From Tetramitus jugosus (Eukaryota; Protista; Heterolobosea), in NCBI GenBank assembly GCA_937625935.1, contig OW569354.1:1-64000 (forward strand): 64,000 bases of DNA, written 5' to 3'. A model generated the notes under the pieces. The model worked only from the letters and a program-made list of their open reading frames with translations. It was not told the origin of the DNA and did no database searches. The position numbers were made by a program, and so were the translations under genes. This document shows, one piece after another, positions 10,001 through 22,205 of this stretch; position 1 is the first letter of the stretch, and each line of letters begins with the position of its first letter.

Positions 10001-13000
10001 TACGCCTTAGATGTTAATACCATGCATGTAACAAAGATTGCTGGCACAGATGGTCCAGGAAACAATGATATTCCTGTTGCTGCAGACTCTTCTACTTCTT
10101 ATCTGGACACCCCTCTTCATCTGTCAGCTGATCCTGTCATGGGTGATATTTACGTGACATACAGCGGAATGGGTATCATCAAAAGGCTCTCTGTGAATGG
10201 ATTACTGACTACTTTTGCCGGCTCATATACCACGATGAGTAGCAACGGATCTAATATCGACAATGCTACTTTTGCTGAGATATCAAGTACACTATTTGAT
10301 CCTGTCTCCAAATCTCTGCTAATTTTCGAAAAAGGGGCCAATCAGATTCGAGAAGTTCCATTTACTTGTGGATCAGGATACATTGGAGACTCCTGTATAC
10401 CGATATGCTATGGAATAGGATCCAATAGTAATTCTGTATGTTCTAAACATGGCCAATGTATCTCTCCTGATGTATGTGTTTGCAACCCTGGATTTTCAGG
10501 GACTCAATGTTCCGATGAATACCGTGATTTGATTGTCGAAACGGTTTACAACAACACAATCCCACCATGTACTCCAATGGTAGTATCCATTAGACCCATT
10601 TCCCAATCGAATCAAACATTCATAACCCAAATGATTACATGGACTCTCCAGTCAACGATTCTACCAAGCGCTGAAGCAAACCAGTTCATCGGTTTTCTTT
10701 CCAATTTGCACTCCCCCAACATTACTATTCCAGCTCAGTATCTGCCAATGGGTGGACAGACCATCATCAAAGTGACGATCACCACTAACAAAGGTATCAC
10801 ATCCGCTACATTGGCTTTCAATGTCACTACTGTTCTCACAGCCACGATAGATGCTCAAGAAAATTTCTCAATTAGGCGAGCAGACGATTTTGTAGTGTAC
10901 AGCAAAGTATTGCTTCCAAAATGTGTCAGTTTTTCGAGGATTGATTTTCTTTGGGAGATTGATAGTATGATAAGTGGTAACAATCCACAATTATTGATAC
11001 CAAAACGCTCTCTCTCGGTAGGAAACCATTTACTCACGTTGAAAATCTTCTTAAGAAACACTGCCTATTTTTCCAGTGTTTCTACTTATGTTACTGCGTT
11101 GGACAGTCCTCCGATTGTAAAAATTCGAGGTGGAAATACAGCTATCCGTATTGGCACTCATTATACACTAGATGCATCAGACAGTTTTTATCCCGACGAT
11201 CCAAAGGCAGTGATAAGTTTCTCATGGTTTTGTACCTCCCAGTCATGTGCTTCTTTTGTGAACTCAGGCACCGCTCGTCAATCATTTACGCCCACAATCA
11301 AAGGATCGTACAAGTTGGGTGTAGAAATTAGTTTAAATAATAGTGTATCATCGACTTCCGTTACGATTGATGTGGTAGACGAAGAGATACCGCTGTTGTC
11401 TATTTTGAACAACATGGGAAGAATTGTGAGTACGAGGAAAAAACTAGCGTTAGAAGCAACCGTGAACAATAATGTCACTAGTGATATTATTTTCTGGTGG
11501 GAGTTGTCTGAGAGATTGGCTAATTTATCTCTTATCCCGGTACCTCTAACATCTAACAATGTTCTTACCTCCTTATCCTCAAGATTTTTGGTATTGAAGC
11601 CAGGAGTGCTGAAACCGAGTAAAACCTACCAGGTGAGAATCAATTCGAAGAAACGAACTTCACAAGCAGTAGGTTACTCGACACTAATTCTATCTACTAG
11701 TGATCGTCCATTCAGTCCGCAACCAAGCCCTTGTACTGTTGTTCCAGATGGCAATAAGTTTATCCTTCTAGCAACAGGATGGACAATCGATTTTAGTTAC
11801 CAACCATTGTCATATTCATTTCAGTATTTTGATGATGAAACACAATTGTGGACTATCATATCTCCCTTTGGATCGGCAAACACGTTTTCAACACGATTAT
11901 TTACTCAAAACTCGAGCACTACACAATTTGCATGCTATGTAAGAAACTACTATGAAGAACAAACCGTGTCTTACTTTAATTTTACATTGAAAGTGGAAGG
12001 GAGTGAAGATACATTCAATGAAATAATGTCCGAGCAATTAGATGGTATCCAAAATTTCAATGGCTCAATATCACGAGATTTCGGATTCTCTCTTGTTCAA
12101 ATGGGTAAACTTTATGCCCAATTGAACTTCACCTCCAACACTGCGATCAATAATATCATTTCTATGCTATCAACCAAGAAGGACGCTTCATCTCCCCCTG
12201 AATTTACGATTCAACAGATGCGAGCTCTTTCTAGCGTTTCTCAGAAAGTATCATCAATGCAAGTAGGTCATAAGATAGATCTTATCCAAATCACATCTAA
12301 TCTCCTTAGTGAAGCTCAATCCGATCAAATCGATAGTATAATCGACAATGCAGGTTCAATCTTGTCCAACATGTTATCTGACACTCAAACTGATTCCAAT
12401 GGGACATTAAATGCGCCAATTCGCTCAGTGATGAAAGATTTATCGATCTACCTATTGGGAGATGCTGTACCGGGAGAGGAAGCTAGATCAATCCAAACCA
12501 CGGCTTTTTCAATTTCAATTCAGAGAGGATATAGTGATCAATTTCTCAATTCAACTCTTAATATCAATGGAACATCAATATATTTGCCTCTATTAAGCCA
12601 GTACTCGCAAAATGAGGACACTCTGTATGCCATCGAATTAATCTCCTTCCCTGATGCTCAAAGTTTGTTATGGAGAGAGAAGGAAAATAATATTTCCTCA
12701 AGCATCATTTCGTTTAAACTATTGGATAGCAATAACAGCAAACTAGCAATTGATACTTCAAATGATGATCCATTGGTTATCACCATTCAAAAATTTAACA
12801 CAACAAGTGTTGATGGTTTTCGGTCTGAATACCGATGCTACTTTTTTGATGACTCCGCAGATATGATATGGGACACCAGAGGCTGTTGGTTATTCAACGA
12901 GACGAACACGACGGTCACGTGTCACTGTAATCATACTACATCATTTGCAGCATTCATCCAATATTCTAAAGAGGATCTATCGATTGAGGAGAACCAAATA

Positions 13001-14428
13001 GACCGAACTATCTATTTTGTGAGAATTGCTTTCAACATTCTGTTTGTGATTATGATTACTCTATTAGCTATTTTCTTAATCTATCACCGCAACAAACAGC
13101 CCATTCGATCAAGAATATATGCTCCACTAATATGTTTACTTGCCCTGTTCGTTGAATGTACTCTTCAAGGAGTTTTGAGAAATGCATTACTATCAGTGCG
13201 AAGCCGAGAAAAGCTAGTTTACCCTATCAATATTATTGGTGGCATTATTATTACGATATCCTGTCCTCTGTCAATTATGAGTTTGTTCATCTATTTGTGG
13301 CAGAATATTAGATATTTTATGCTTCGAAAATTCTATGAACTCATGGATACTCATCATGCCAAGATTACACCATCAAGAGTGATGTTGGCAGCAAAATTCA
13401 TATCATCCAAATTTTCATTTTACATCTCGAGCTTCATTGTACTGTTAGTATCTGTCATGTACTTTTTAGCGCTATCGACAGTAGGAGGTGTGGAAAGTGC
13501 CAAATCAACTACAGCTTCCACTGCAATTACCATTACAAGTTCAGTGACGTATCTCGGAGTGTTGTCAATCATTGGTTTGGGAATTATTGCGACTTTTTTG
13601 GTAGATGCAGTAGTATGGCCACTTCGTCGAAATTTGAGGCGTAGTCGAGAAATATCATCCAAGAAGAATAGTTGGTCAGGACTACTGTCATCATCTCTCT
13701 ATTATCACTTCCGAAAAGATGATCCATTGTTCTTTAGAATAGATTCTCTATGTATTACTGCGGCAGTCTTTGTTGGCTTTGTGTCATTCGGTATTGGAAT
13801 ATCAGCTCAGTATATTAGGATGGAAGATGATTCACCATTAACAATCATATTCCTTGTATTTGATCTATTGTTTACTGCCCTCAGAATTCTTGCCTTTGGA
13901 GGCGCGATCTCCATCATCAGAATTCTATTCATCTTGAAAAGGAAGGAGATAAAAGTGCCTGAGAGAGACGAAAAGAGAGATGAAAATGTGGAAGATATGA
14001 TCTTATCACTGATATCCTCTGCAAGAGGTCTTGCAATGTTCAGAGAGTTTTGTTTGAAAGAGTTTGCACTTGAGAATTTGTTGTGTATCCTAGAGTTGAA
14101 CGAAACACGCTTCAGTTGGAGCGCAATGAACATTGAACAGAAGCAATCAAGAGTAGATTCGCTGTTCACTCAGTACATTCAACCCAACGCTGCACAAGAA
14201 GTGAACCTTCCTGGGTATATACGAAGAGAAGTAACAAGATTGAAAACGAATGTCAGTGCACTGAATGATCAAGAACAGGGACGAGCACTCATCGGATTGC
14301 ATATTGCCATAATGACTAACTTGTCTGACACTTTCTCACGCTTCATCACTATGAGCGAATATAGTGAATATGTCAAGGCAACAAACCTTCATAAGCAATT
14401 AGAGGATATCAACTTCTCCCTCTTATAA
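7060..14428 (+). CDS. Large adhesion-type receptor: signal peptide, C-type lectin x3, EGF repeats, NHL-like propellers, PKD/REJ, GAIN/GPS, 7TM, RGS (~2440 aa)
   Basis: Exon 7060-7384, intron 7385-7433 (GTATGT...TACTAAC...AAG), exon 7434-14428. CTL motifs (GKCY/GSCY, YWTG, FVCQ); EGF CSGKGVCAAPDQCVC; GPS CYFFD..WDTRGC...TCHCNHTTSF; seven hydrophobic helices; RGS FREFCLKEFALENL...EVNLP...DTFSRF. Confidence 0.92.
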
Positions 14429-14600
14429 AAACAAGTTGGAAACTTTTGTGTTCGGAAAATCAACATTTTGTCCGATTTTAGCGCCAAAATATGCAAACGA
14501 AAAAACCAAAAAACGTCTGAATTTTATTAATAATCGTTCATTCATTTTGATTATTGTATTTTATTGACAACAGGCAACAACAACAACAACTCTGGCAAAA

Positions 14601-16330
14601 ATGGCAAACCGCACAATATACGTGTCCAACATACTGAGTCAACTTCCACAAGAAGTCATATCTGCCTTCTTTTCCAGTTGTGGAACCATCACAAATTTCA
14701 AATTGGCTGGGTATGACATTTCATGGTTGTTTTTGTGATGTGTTTGTCTGATGATTTCTCCAAATCCATACAAATTTCTCTGTCAGTTGTGTGCGATATT
14801 GAATTCCACCCTACTCACACATGTTCAACATGTATCATCAATAGGAGAGCTGATCAACCAACACGATATGCATTCATTGAATTTGCAGAGACTGCTCATG
14901 CCCACTCTGCCATCTCACTCAGTGGCACTGACTTGGCTGGTAGAAAACTGAAAATTACAATGTCTCACAGTCCAATCAACAGTCCTCCTTCTTCGAGCAA
15001 TAGTGGCAACAATCGAAATAATAATAGTAGTAGTAGTAGTAGCAGTAGTAGTAGCGATTCTCATCATCAGAATCGCAGTCATCATCATGTAAGTTGTTTC
15101 TACGTATTTAAATGTTCTTGTTCTTGTTGTCACAAATAGAGAATTGAGTCTAATCAACAACACTCTTTTGTGTTTTGTTATTATCTTTACCAGAGTCATC
15201 ACCGTCATCAACGATCAAACAATGATCACTCATCTCCATCACCCAGCAATAACAGCAACAACAATATCAACAGTAGCAGCAATAGTAGCAACAACAGCAA
15301 TATGAATAATGTGAACATTGCCGACGCGATTGAACGGACAGTGTACGTGACCAATATCGACTCTCAATTGAAAGAAGAACAATTATGTGAGTTTTTTACC
15401 TATTGTGGTCAAATCAACCACTACAAGATATGTGGAGATGGGAAGCAGCCAACGAGATTTGCATTTTTTGAGTTTGCGAGTCGACAATTCGTCAATGACG
15501 CACTCTGCCTTAATGATCAATTCCTGGGTGGACACAAGATTAAAGTCTCCAAGTCGAGAACTGCTATTCAACCGAATTCACAACCACAAAACAACAACAA
15601 CAACAATCAGAACAATAGTAGTAGTATGAACACCAGTAACAATAGCAACAGCAGCAGCGGTAATCAAAACACCAGTGGTGGCAACAACACATCAAAAAAC
15701 AACAATGCACAAAACTACTCCACTCCACATTATCAGGACCAGATTGGAAGAACAGTGTATGTTGGAAATGTGGATGTCAGTGTGACAGAAGATGACCTCT
15801 ATGAATTTTTTAATCAATTGTGTGGATCGGTTGTGAAGGTTGCTCTCGCAGGAGACAGTGAACATGCTGCGAGATTTGCATTTGTGGAATTTGCAACAAC
15901 AGATTCAAGGAATGATGCACTCACAAAAACAGGAAAAATATTGTGTAATCGGTCAATCCGAGTCAACGCATCACGAACACCAATACTAGGCGGAGGTAAG
16001 ACCTATTCTGCTGGCTCTGCTCACTATTCGAATGCTTCATCCAATCAGGATCAGTACATTGATGCTTCCGCACCAATCAGAGAGAACACAGATTGGGATA
16101 CTCCAGCAGTTGCTGACGATGATTGGTCGAATCATAATCACCACAACTCAAAGAGGAAGAGAAGCAACGAAAGTGATGACAGCAGTGACAGCGATTGTGA
16201 ACGTGAAACAGAACATCACAACAAAAAAATGAGAATGGAACCATCTGATGGTGGATATGCAGTGGCCCTCTCGCCGAACAACAACAATAGTAACTATTCG
16301 AATGATGACGACTACGACAATAAATGGTAA
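14601..16330 (+). CDS. Triple-RRM RNA-binding protein (CID/PABP-interacting or SREK1-like RRMs)
   Basis: Exons 14601-14710, 14845-15088, 15194-16330 join in frame through GT-AG introns. Three RTIYV/RTVYV...R[YF]AF.EF RRMs separated by N/S-rich linkers. Confidence 0.88.
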
Positions 16331-16380
16331 CCCTATTTATAATTCTTAAGAGGTGGCAGATACCGTCATGACTACCCATC

Positions 16381-17922
16381 TTAAATGTCAACTACTTTGC
16401 CTGGATTCATAATATTCTTTGGATCAATAGCCCTCTTAATCAACTTCATCAGTTCAATGCTGGCAGGTGTTTGAGAGTGATGCAAATACTTTTTCTTGAT
16501 GGTTCCGACTCCATGCTCCGCACTGATAGATCCTCGATGACTGCTTGCCCATTCGTAAATGAATGGCTCAATTTCACTCTCCACTTGTTCGTTCTTTGCT
16601 GGTAGGACAAAGTTCAAGTGCAAATTGTCATCACCCAGATGACCAAATCCGTACACCTTTGTACCAGTTAATGTTTCAATTTCAGAGAACTTGCTCCGCA
16701 AAATTTCCACGATATCATACATTCGAGGCAATGGAATGCTAATATCGAACTTGTAGACATAACCTTCCCTTCTGAGTGATTCTGGAATACCCTCACGAAG
16801 TCTCCACAAGGCAGCACGTTGCGTTTCATCGAATGCCAATGTTCCATCCACAGCATCTCCTGCTCCCAAAACTTGATCGAAAAACTTTTCTAGTTTTTGT
16901 TCATCGTGCTCATTATTACTGCCATGAGTCTCCAATAAGACATAAAATGGAGAAGCTTGTTCTAGCGGGTCAACTAATCCATGTTTCACAACGAGATCCA
17001 TACTCTCACGATCAAAGAATTCAAATGCAGACAAAACCTCTCCCAACAAAGATTTTGCAGTACGGAACACGTGTTGTACCTTTTCAAATGACTCCACACC
17101 CAAGAACACAACATTGACACTCTTTGGCATAATAGCAGTTGCAACGGCACACTTTGTAATCACACCCAACGTACCTTCAGACCCAATAAACAAATGAGGC
17201 AAATGATAACCAGTGTTATCCTTTCGAATCGTCTTGAGTGCATCCACCACTGTTCCGTCTGGCAAAACAACTTCCATACCCAAAATATTCGCATGGAGTG
17301 ACTTGTATCGAATAAATCGAATTCCTCCTGCAGCAGTTGCCAAGTTACCACCAATCTGACAACTTCCCTTTGCTCCCAAATCCAACGGCATCATATAACC
17401 ATGCTCATTCAAATATTGATTCAATTGTTCCAAAACGGCACCCGATTGACACACCAATGTACCACTATTTTCATCAAAACTCTCAATATGATTCATCAGA
17501 CTCGTACTGAGCACAATTTGATTCACTCCTTCACTAACAACCTCAGATGCGATACTACCTGCGACCAAACCTGTATTTCCACCCTGTGGAACAACTCCGA
17601 TGCCATGTTCATTGCAATATCGGAGAATTTGAGACACTTGTTGTGTAGTTTTGGGTCGAACAGCAAATTGACTCTTTCCTGTCCATTTACCAAGCCAATC
17701 TTGATTGTATGCCTTCATATCTTGTTCATCTTCAATAAAAAGACTTGTGTCATTGCTCAGAATGCCCTTCAAGTGAGTCTTGTGAGTTTCTTCGAGTCGA
17801 TTCAGAGAAATGGTGTGGAATGACTTGAATATTGTTGATGTTGTTGTTGATGGGTTGTTATTGTTGTGAGAACGCACAACTGCAGTGTGACTGAGCAATC
17901 TCTTGAGCACTTGTCGTTGCAT
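16381..17922 (-). CDS. D2HGDH: D-2-hydroxyglutarate dehydrogenase, mitochondrial (FAD-linked oxidase)
   Basis: PQGGNTGLV, PLDLGAKGSCQIGGN, RKDNTGY, GSEGTLGV, GHLGD.NLH, GSISAEHGVG, NIMNPGK; N-terminal presequence-like segment. Confidence 0.93.
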   Translation of the reverse strand: MQRQVLKRLLSHTAVVRSHNNNNPSTTTSTIFKSFHTISLNRLEETHKTHLKGILSNDTSLFIEDEQDMKAYNQDWLGKWTGKSQFAVRPKTTQQVSQILRYCNEHGIGVVPQGGNTGLVAGSIASEVVSEGVNQIVLSTSLMNHIESFDENSGTLVCQSGAVLEQLNQYLNEHGYMMPLDLGAKGSCQIGGNLATAAGGIRFIRYKSLHANILGMEVVLPDGTVVDALKTIRKDNTGYHLPHLFIGSEGTLGVITKCAVATAIMPKSVNVVFLGVESFEKVQHVFRTAKSLLGEVLSAFEFFDRESMDLVVKHGLVDPLEQASPFYVLLETHGSNNEHDEQKLEKFFDQVLGAGDAVDGTLAFDETQRAALWRLREGIPESLRREGYVYKFDISIPLPRMYDIVEILRSKFSEIETLTGTKVYGFGHLGDDNLHLNFVLPAKNEQVESEIEPFIYEWASSHRGSISAEHGVGTIKKKYLHHSQTPASIELMKLIKRAIDPKNIMNPGKVVDI

Positions 17923-18404
17923 GTCGTTGTGTTTTCAAGATGTTATTTTTTTCGATCTTCAGTGATGTGAAAATATCTCCGAAGAGGCATTCCATCACGA
18001 TTGATGGAATCAGATAGATATCTACGGCGCAGATGAGTGTTGTAACTTGGATGGTATGATAACAATATGAAAACAACATGAAGCTTTCATCTTTCTCCTT
18101 GATTCTCATGAAAAAGATATTGTTTCCAAACAATCAACAGCAAACAGCACAGGTCCGTCAAACTTAATTTTGGATTTCCTTTGTAAATCGCACAGAGTAT
18201 TTTTACGACTCACATTCGAGGGAAGAAGTTTGTTCTTTGCAGAAAAGCTTTGGTGGCCGAAAAACAACTTGTTGGTTTATGTCCAAGCAACAAGAAGAAC
18301 ACAAAACCTCAAACAACAACAAACACAATCATCAAAAAAAAATCAGACACAATCGTCTCTCAACAACAACAACTAACGACACTAATAACAACAACAACAA
18401 CAAA

Positions 18405-19194
18405 ATGAACTGGTTATTTGGCAAAAAAAAGAATACAGAAGTGAAAATCTCTCAAAAAACGGAATCGAAAACCAATGCAGCCATTCAGAACAATCAAGCC
18501 ACCTATGAGAGACTTGAGAAGCGTCAAAGACTTCTTCAGAAGAAGATGGATCTAGAGAGTGAGAAGGCCAAAGACTTTGTACAAAAGGGAAATAAGCCAG
18601 GTACGTTTCAACAACAACAACAACACGATAGCTTTTATTGATCATTGGTTATCATCATCATGAACAACACACATTTATTGACTAACCACTCCTATTCTCA
18701 CCCATCTATATACAGCTGCTATGCAATGCCTAAAGAACAAGAAACAACTACAGGCACAGTATGATACACTGGCGGGACAAATGTCCAATTTATTCGGTGT
18801 GACAAATTCATTGGAAAATGCAGTGACCAATATTGAAGTGGTCAAAGCCAATCAAAACACATCTGAAACCATGAAGGAAATATTTAAGGAGATTGGAGGA
18901 ATTGAAAAAGTGGAGGATCTGGTGGATGATGTGAGAGACACGATGGATAAGGTGAATGATGTGGGCAATGTGTTGGCACAACCATTGGGAGATGCTATGG
19001 ATGATGATGAGTTGGATGATGAGTTGAACATGTTGGAAGCATCTGTGCTAGATAGTCAATTGAGTCAAATGAAGACTGCTACATCGAAACTGCCACAAAC
19101 AAGCACTGCTACCGCTGTTGCATCCACTCCAAAGAAACAAGAAGAGTCAGACTTTGATGAACTGGAGGCAGAGTTGAATGCTCTGAGTGCCTAA
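18405..19194 (+). CDS. SNF7: ESCRT-III subunit Snf7/Vps32/CHMP4
   Basis: MNWLFGKK start; intron 18601-18715 (GTACGT...CTAAC...CAG) keeps frame; CLKNKKQL, DDDELDDEL, acidic C-terminal helix. Confidence 0.88.
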
Positions 19195-19330
19195 ACAGTC
19201 ACTTTTGATTAATGATGATGATGATGATGATCCCTTCTCTTGATATTCCTAGAAACTGATCGTGTAAAAATATAATACTATTTCTTCTTAGTTCCACTTA
19301 CGGTTATCGAGCCAAACATCTGTCCAATCG

Positions 19331-19500
19331 ATGGATACCACAACGAGGGATCTTCCATCGATAGATTCTTCCTCCAGACGATGTTCTGTGCTAAATCATC
19401 ACCTTTCTTCATCCAATCAAATTGGGAAAACCCAATCTTTCGAATTAGAGAACGATTACTGCATTGACTGCTGTATTTGTCCTCTATGCTGCAGAGATTA
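19331..19500 (+). pseudogene. Possible decayed F-box gene fragment
   Basis: MDTTTRDLPSIDS, then after a frameshift LPPDDVLC*IITFL, an F-box-like start. No intact ORF. Confidence 0.3.
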
Positions 19501-19894
19501 AGCAGTAAACAAAAAATTGGATATTGATCTCGAAAAACAGTCTAGTAACACTGTGGTTGCTTGTTAGGACTTGTTTCGTTCAACTGTCGTAGGGAGCCGC
19601 TCACTCTTCTTTACGGATTGTGTGTAAATAGTGGACCTTTTGCGACTCTTTCTTTACACTCTCAATGCCTGATGTATTCCTTGCTTCCTTTGTCAAGGAG
19701 TTGGAAAGTTTTTTTCCCATGACTCCTTTCGATATTCTTTATAGGTCTGATGGCAAGGAAGATGATGCTAGTGAAGGCAACCACCTTTACACATCTTGAT
19801 GCCCATTTTGAGAAGGACACTTGTTATGTCTTCCAACGACAAAAAATCAATAAAAAATAAAAATGGGAAAATGAGCAGATTTCTTTACATAATG

Positions 19895-19965
19895 GCTGCT
19901 TTAGTATAGTGGTAGTACACGGGATTGTGGCTCCCGCAACACCGGTTCGATTCCGGTAGGCGGCA
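19895..19965 (+). tRNA. tRNA-His (GUG)
   Basis: Acceptor GCTGCTT/AGGCGGC-A; anticodon arm CGGGA-TTGTGGC-TCCCG; T arm ACCGG-TTCGATT-CCGGT; TTTT terminator follows. Confidence 0.96.
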
Positions 19966-20006
19966 ATTTTGAACTTTGCGGTGCTGTTTTGTTGCCAACA
20001 TTGTTG

Positions 20007-20852
20007 ATGATAAAATCGTTGGTAGCCAGATCAAAGGCAGTCCAAACACAAAACCGAAGGCATTTTTATTCTCTCCGACTTTTTACAAGTGTCAAACTAA
20101 ACAAAAGTATGAACAATTCCACGATCTCATATCTGACAGCCAAGCAATCCCTAGAGATTGATGATGAACTCATGAGTTCCTCTCAAGGATTTTCCCTCGA
20201 ACAACTGATGGAGAATGCAGGAATATCTGTCTCCCATGCGGCTGTTGACTTCTTGAACAAGCAGAGCAACAATCAGCGTCGTGTCTTAATTCTCTGTGGC
20301 CCAGGAAACAATGGAGGAGATGGATTGGTGGCTGCCAGACATCTCTCTCATTTTGGTTATGCTGTCACAGTTGTCTATCCGAAGCAATTGCCAACTTCAG
20401 ACGTGAACAAGCAACAACAATTGTATTTCAATCTGCTATTGCAGTGTAAGAATTTGGAGATACCTGTATTGTCAGACATGCCAGGTGATGCAGACTTTGT
20501 TGACTCAAGCTTTGATCTGATTTTGGATGCCATTTTCGGTTTTAGTTTCAAGGGAGAATCCCTTCGATCTCCATTCGACACTGTCATTAATGTCATGAAA
20601 CAATGCAAGACATGTCCCATCATGGCAGTTGATATTCCATCAGGTTGGCACGTGGAGAATGGTAACATTCATCATTTGGGACCTGATCGTGTGGCAGCAC
20701 TCATCAGCCTCACCGCTCCCAAGCTGTGTGCAAGAAACTTTGAAGGAGTACACTATTTGGGTGGCAGGTTCGTGCCTCCTGCAATGAGCAAGAAATGGAA
20801 TTTGAATCTACCAGCATACTCAGGCATTGACACTATTGTTCAACTCAATTAA
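20007..20852 (+). CDS. NAXE: NAD(P)H-hydrate epimerase (YjeF N-terminal domain)
   Basis: QLMENAG, CGPGNNGGDGLVAARHL, DAIFGFSF, DIPSGW, LISLTAPK, HYLGGRFVP. First ATG 20007, second ATG 20109. Confidence 0.93.
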   Translation: MIKSLVARSKAVQTQNRRHFYSLRLFTSVKLNKSMNNSTISYLTAKQSLEIDDELMSSSQGFSLEQLMENAGISVSHAAVDFLNKQSNNQRRVLILCGPGNNGGDGLVAARHLSHFGYAVTVVYPKQLPTSDVNKQQQLYFNLLLQCKNLEIPVLSDMPGDADFVDSSFDLILDAIFGFSFKGESLRSPFDTVINVMKQCKTCPIMAVDIPSGWHVENGNIHHLGPDRVAALISLTAPKLCARNFEGVHYLGGRFVPPAMSKKWNLNLPAYSGIDTIVQLN

Positions 20853-20933
20853 GGTCACACTGTCATCGCACGAACCATGTTCCCATACCAACAAGGCAAT
20901 GCAAATAAAAAAGCTCAAGTGATAATATTTTGT

Positions 20934-21818
20934 TTATAGTTGCATTTCACTCACGAACTTTTCTAGTTCGTTCAATCTCCTTCGCAACAAATGCATGCCT
21001 TCACCAAATGGTTCCGTGTTCTTCTCCTTTGCTGCTCGTTCAATCACGAAAGCAGCTTGAGATAGCGGCTTAGCAAACATTTGTGCCGAAGAGCCCTTCA
21101 GTGTGTGTGCACTGTGGTCAATTGCGGTCATATCTTCATTATTTATCGCTTCTTCCAAACTGTCAATTTCTAATCTTGTCTGGGTCAAAAGATCGTGAAC
21201 CAACTCATTCAATAGATCAGTGTCTTCGAACAAATCAAACACCAACTGCAAGTCAATCACTTTGGCATGATCTAATGAGAGAACTAGAGCTCTCTCAAAG
21301 TTCTTCATGAACTGTTGCCATGTCATTGGTTTGTTAACAATGACATCAATCAATGTGTTTTCATTGACAGATGTTTGTGAAACTGTATTTTTGTTCGTTG
21401 TTGCGGCTGCAGAGTGATCATCATTGATGATTGCCGTAGATGTCGGTGATTCTAAAAATATTCCTAAAATACCGGTGTAATTCGTTTCATCTCGCTGAAA
21501 CTGGCGATTGTAGTCCGTTGAAGTTCGGTAACTCTTCAGCTTGTGGACCAAATGTTTTTCAGTTTCGTTCAGCTCACTCTCATCCTTTCGATTAAAATCA
21601 ATGACAGCAAGCTCAAACGACACGGAAGTGTCATCCAATGCCTCTAATGCCTTCTCGAATGAATCATAGGCATACACATCGTATCCTGACTCTGTCAACA
21701 AATTTGAAATGGTGTTTCTGCATGAATTGGACGCTTCAACGATCATGGCATTGAATCCCTTGACTTTTGTAACTCCTTTTGGGGTCTCTCCTGAAATGAC
21801 TGGTGTTGACGTTGTCAT
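20934..21818 (-). CDS. Response-regulator receiver plus HPt phosphotransfer protein
   Basis: REC: MIVEAS...ELAVIDF...VNKP. HPt: AHTLKGSSAQM with the phosphorylatable His. Confidence 0.88.
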   Translation of the reverse strand: MTTSTPVISGETPKGVTKVKGFNAMIVEASNSCRNTISNLLTESGYDVYAYDSFEKALEALDDTSVSFELAVIDFNRKDESELNETEKHLVHKLKSYRTSTDYNRQFQRDETNYTGILGIFLESPTSTAIINDDHSAAATTNKNTVSQTSVNENTLIDVIVNKPMTWQQFMKNFERALVLSLDHAKVIDLQLVFDLFEDTDLLNELVHDLLTQTRLEIDSLEEAINNEDMTAIDHSAHTLKGSSAQMFAKPLSQAAFVIERAAKEKNTEPFGEGMHLLRRRLNELEKFVSEMQL

Positions 21819-22205
21819 GTTTTAAGCAGGTTCTTGGTTCGTTTTTTTAGACTAGAACGGTGTGTGCCGATGATGGGTGAAGAGAGAGTTGTCAAGTCAG
21901 TGGACAAGAAGGGAAGTAAAGATTAATCGACGAAAAAATAGAGTTTTGTTGATCAGGAACACAAATTTGAAACTTGCGACAATCAATAACAACAATGAAC
22001 GACGATAGATCTTGCTTGTTTGGCTTTTTGTTTATAGTGAGTGTGCAAGTGAGTGATGGCAGAGACTTGTTCACCAAGTCGTGAACCACACAAGGTTGAT
22101 CATTGAGATAAGGGTTGTTGTCCAAAGCTGGTCGTTTTCCGGCTCTATTTGCCCAAATTTATCTTGGAGTAATCCCGAAAAAGTAAGCGAATTGAAACTT
22201 CAACA

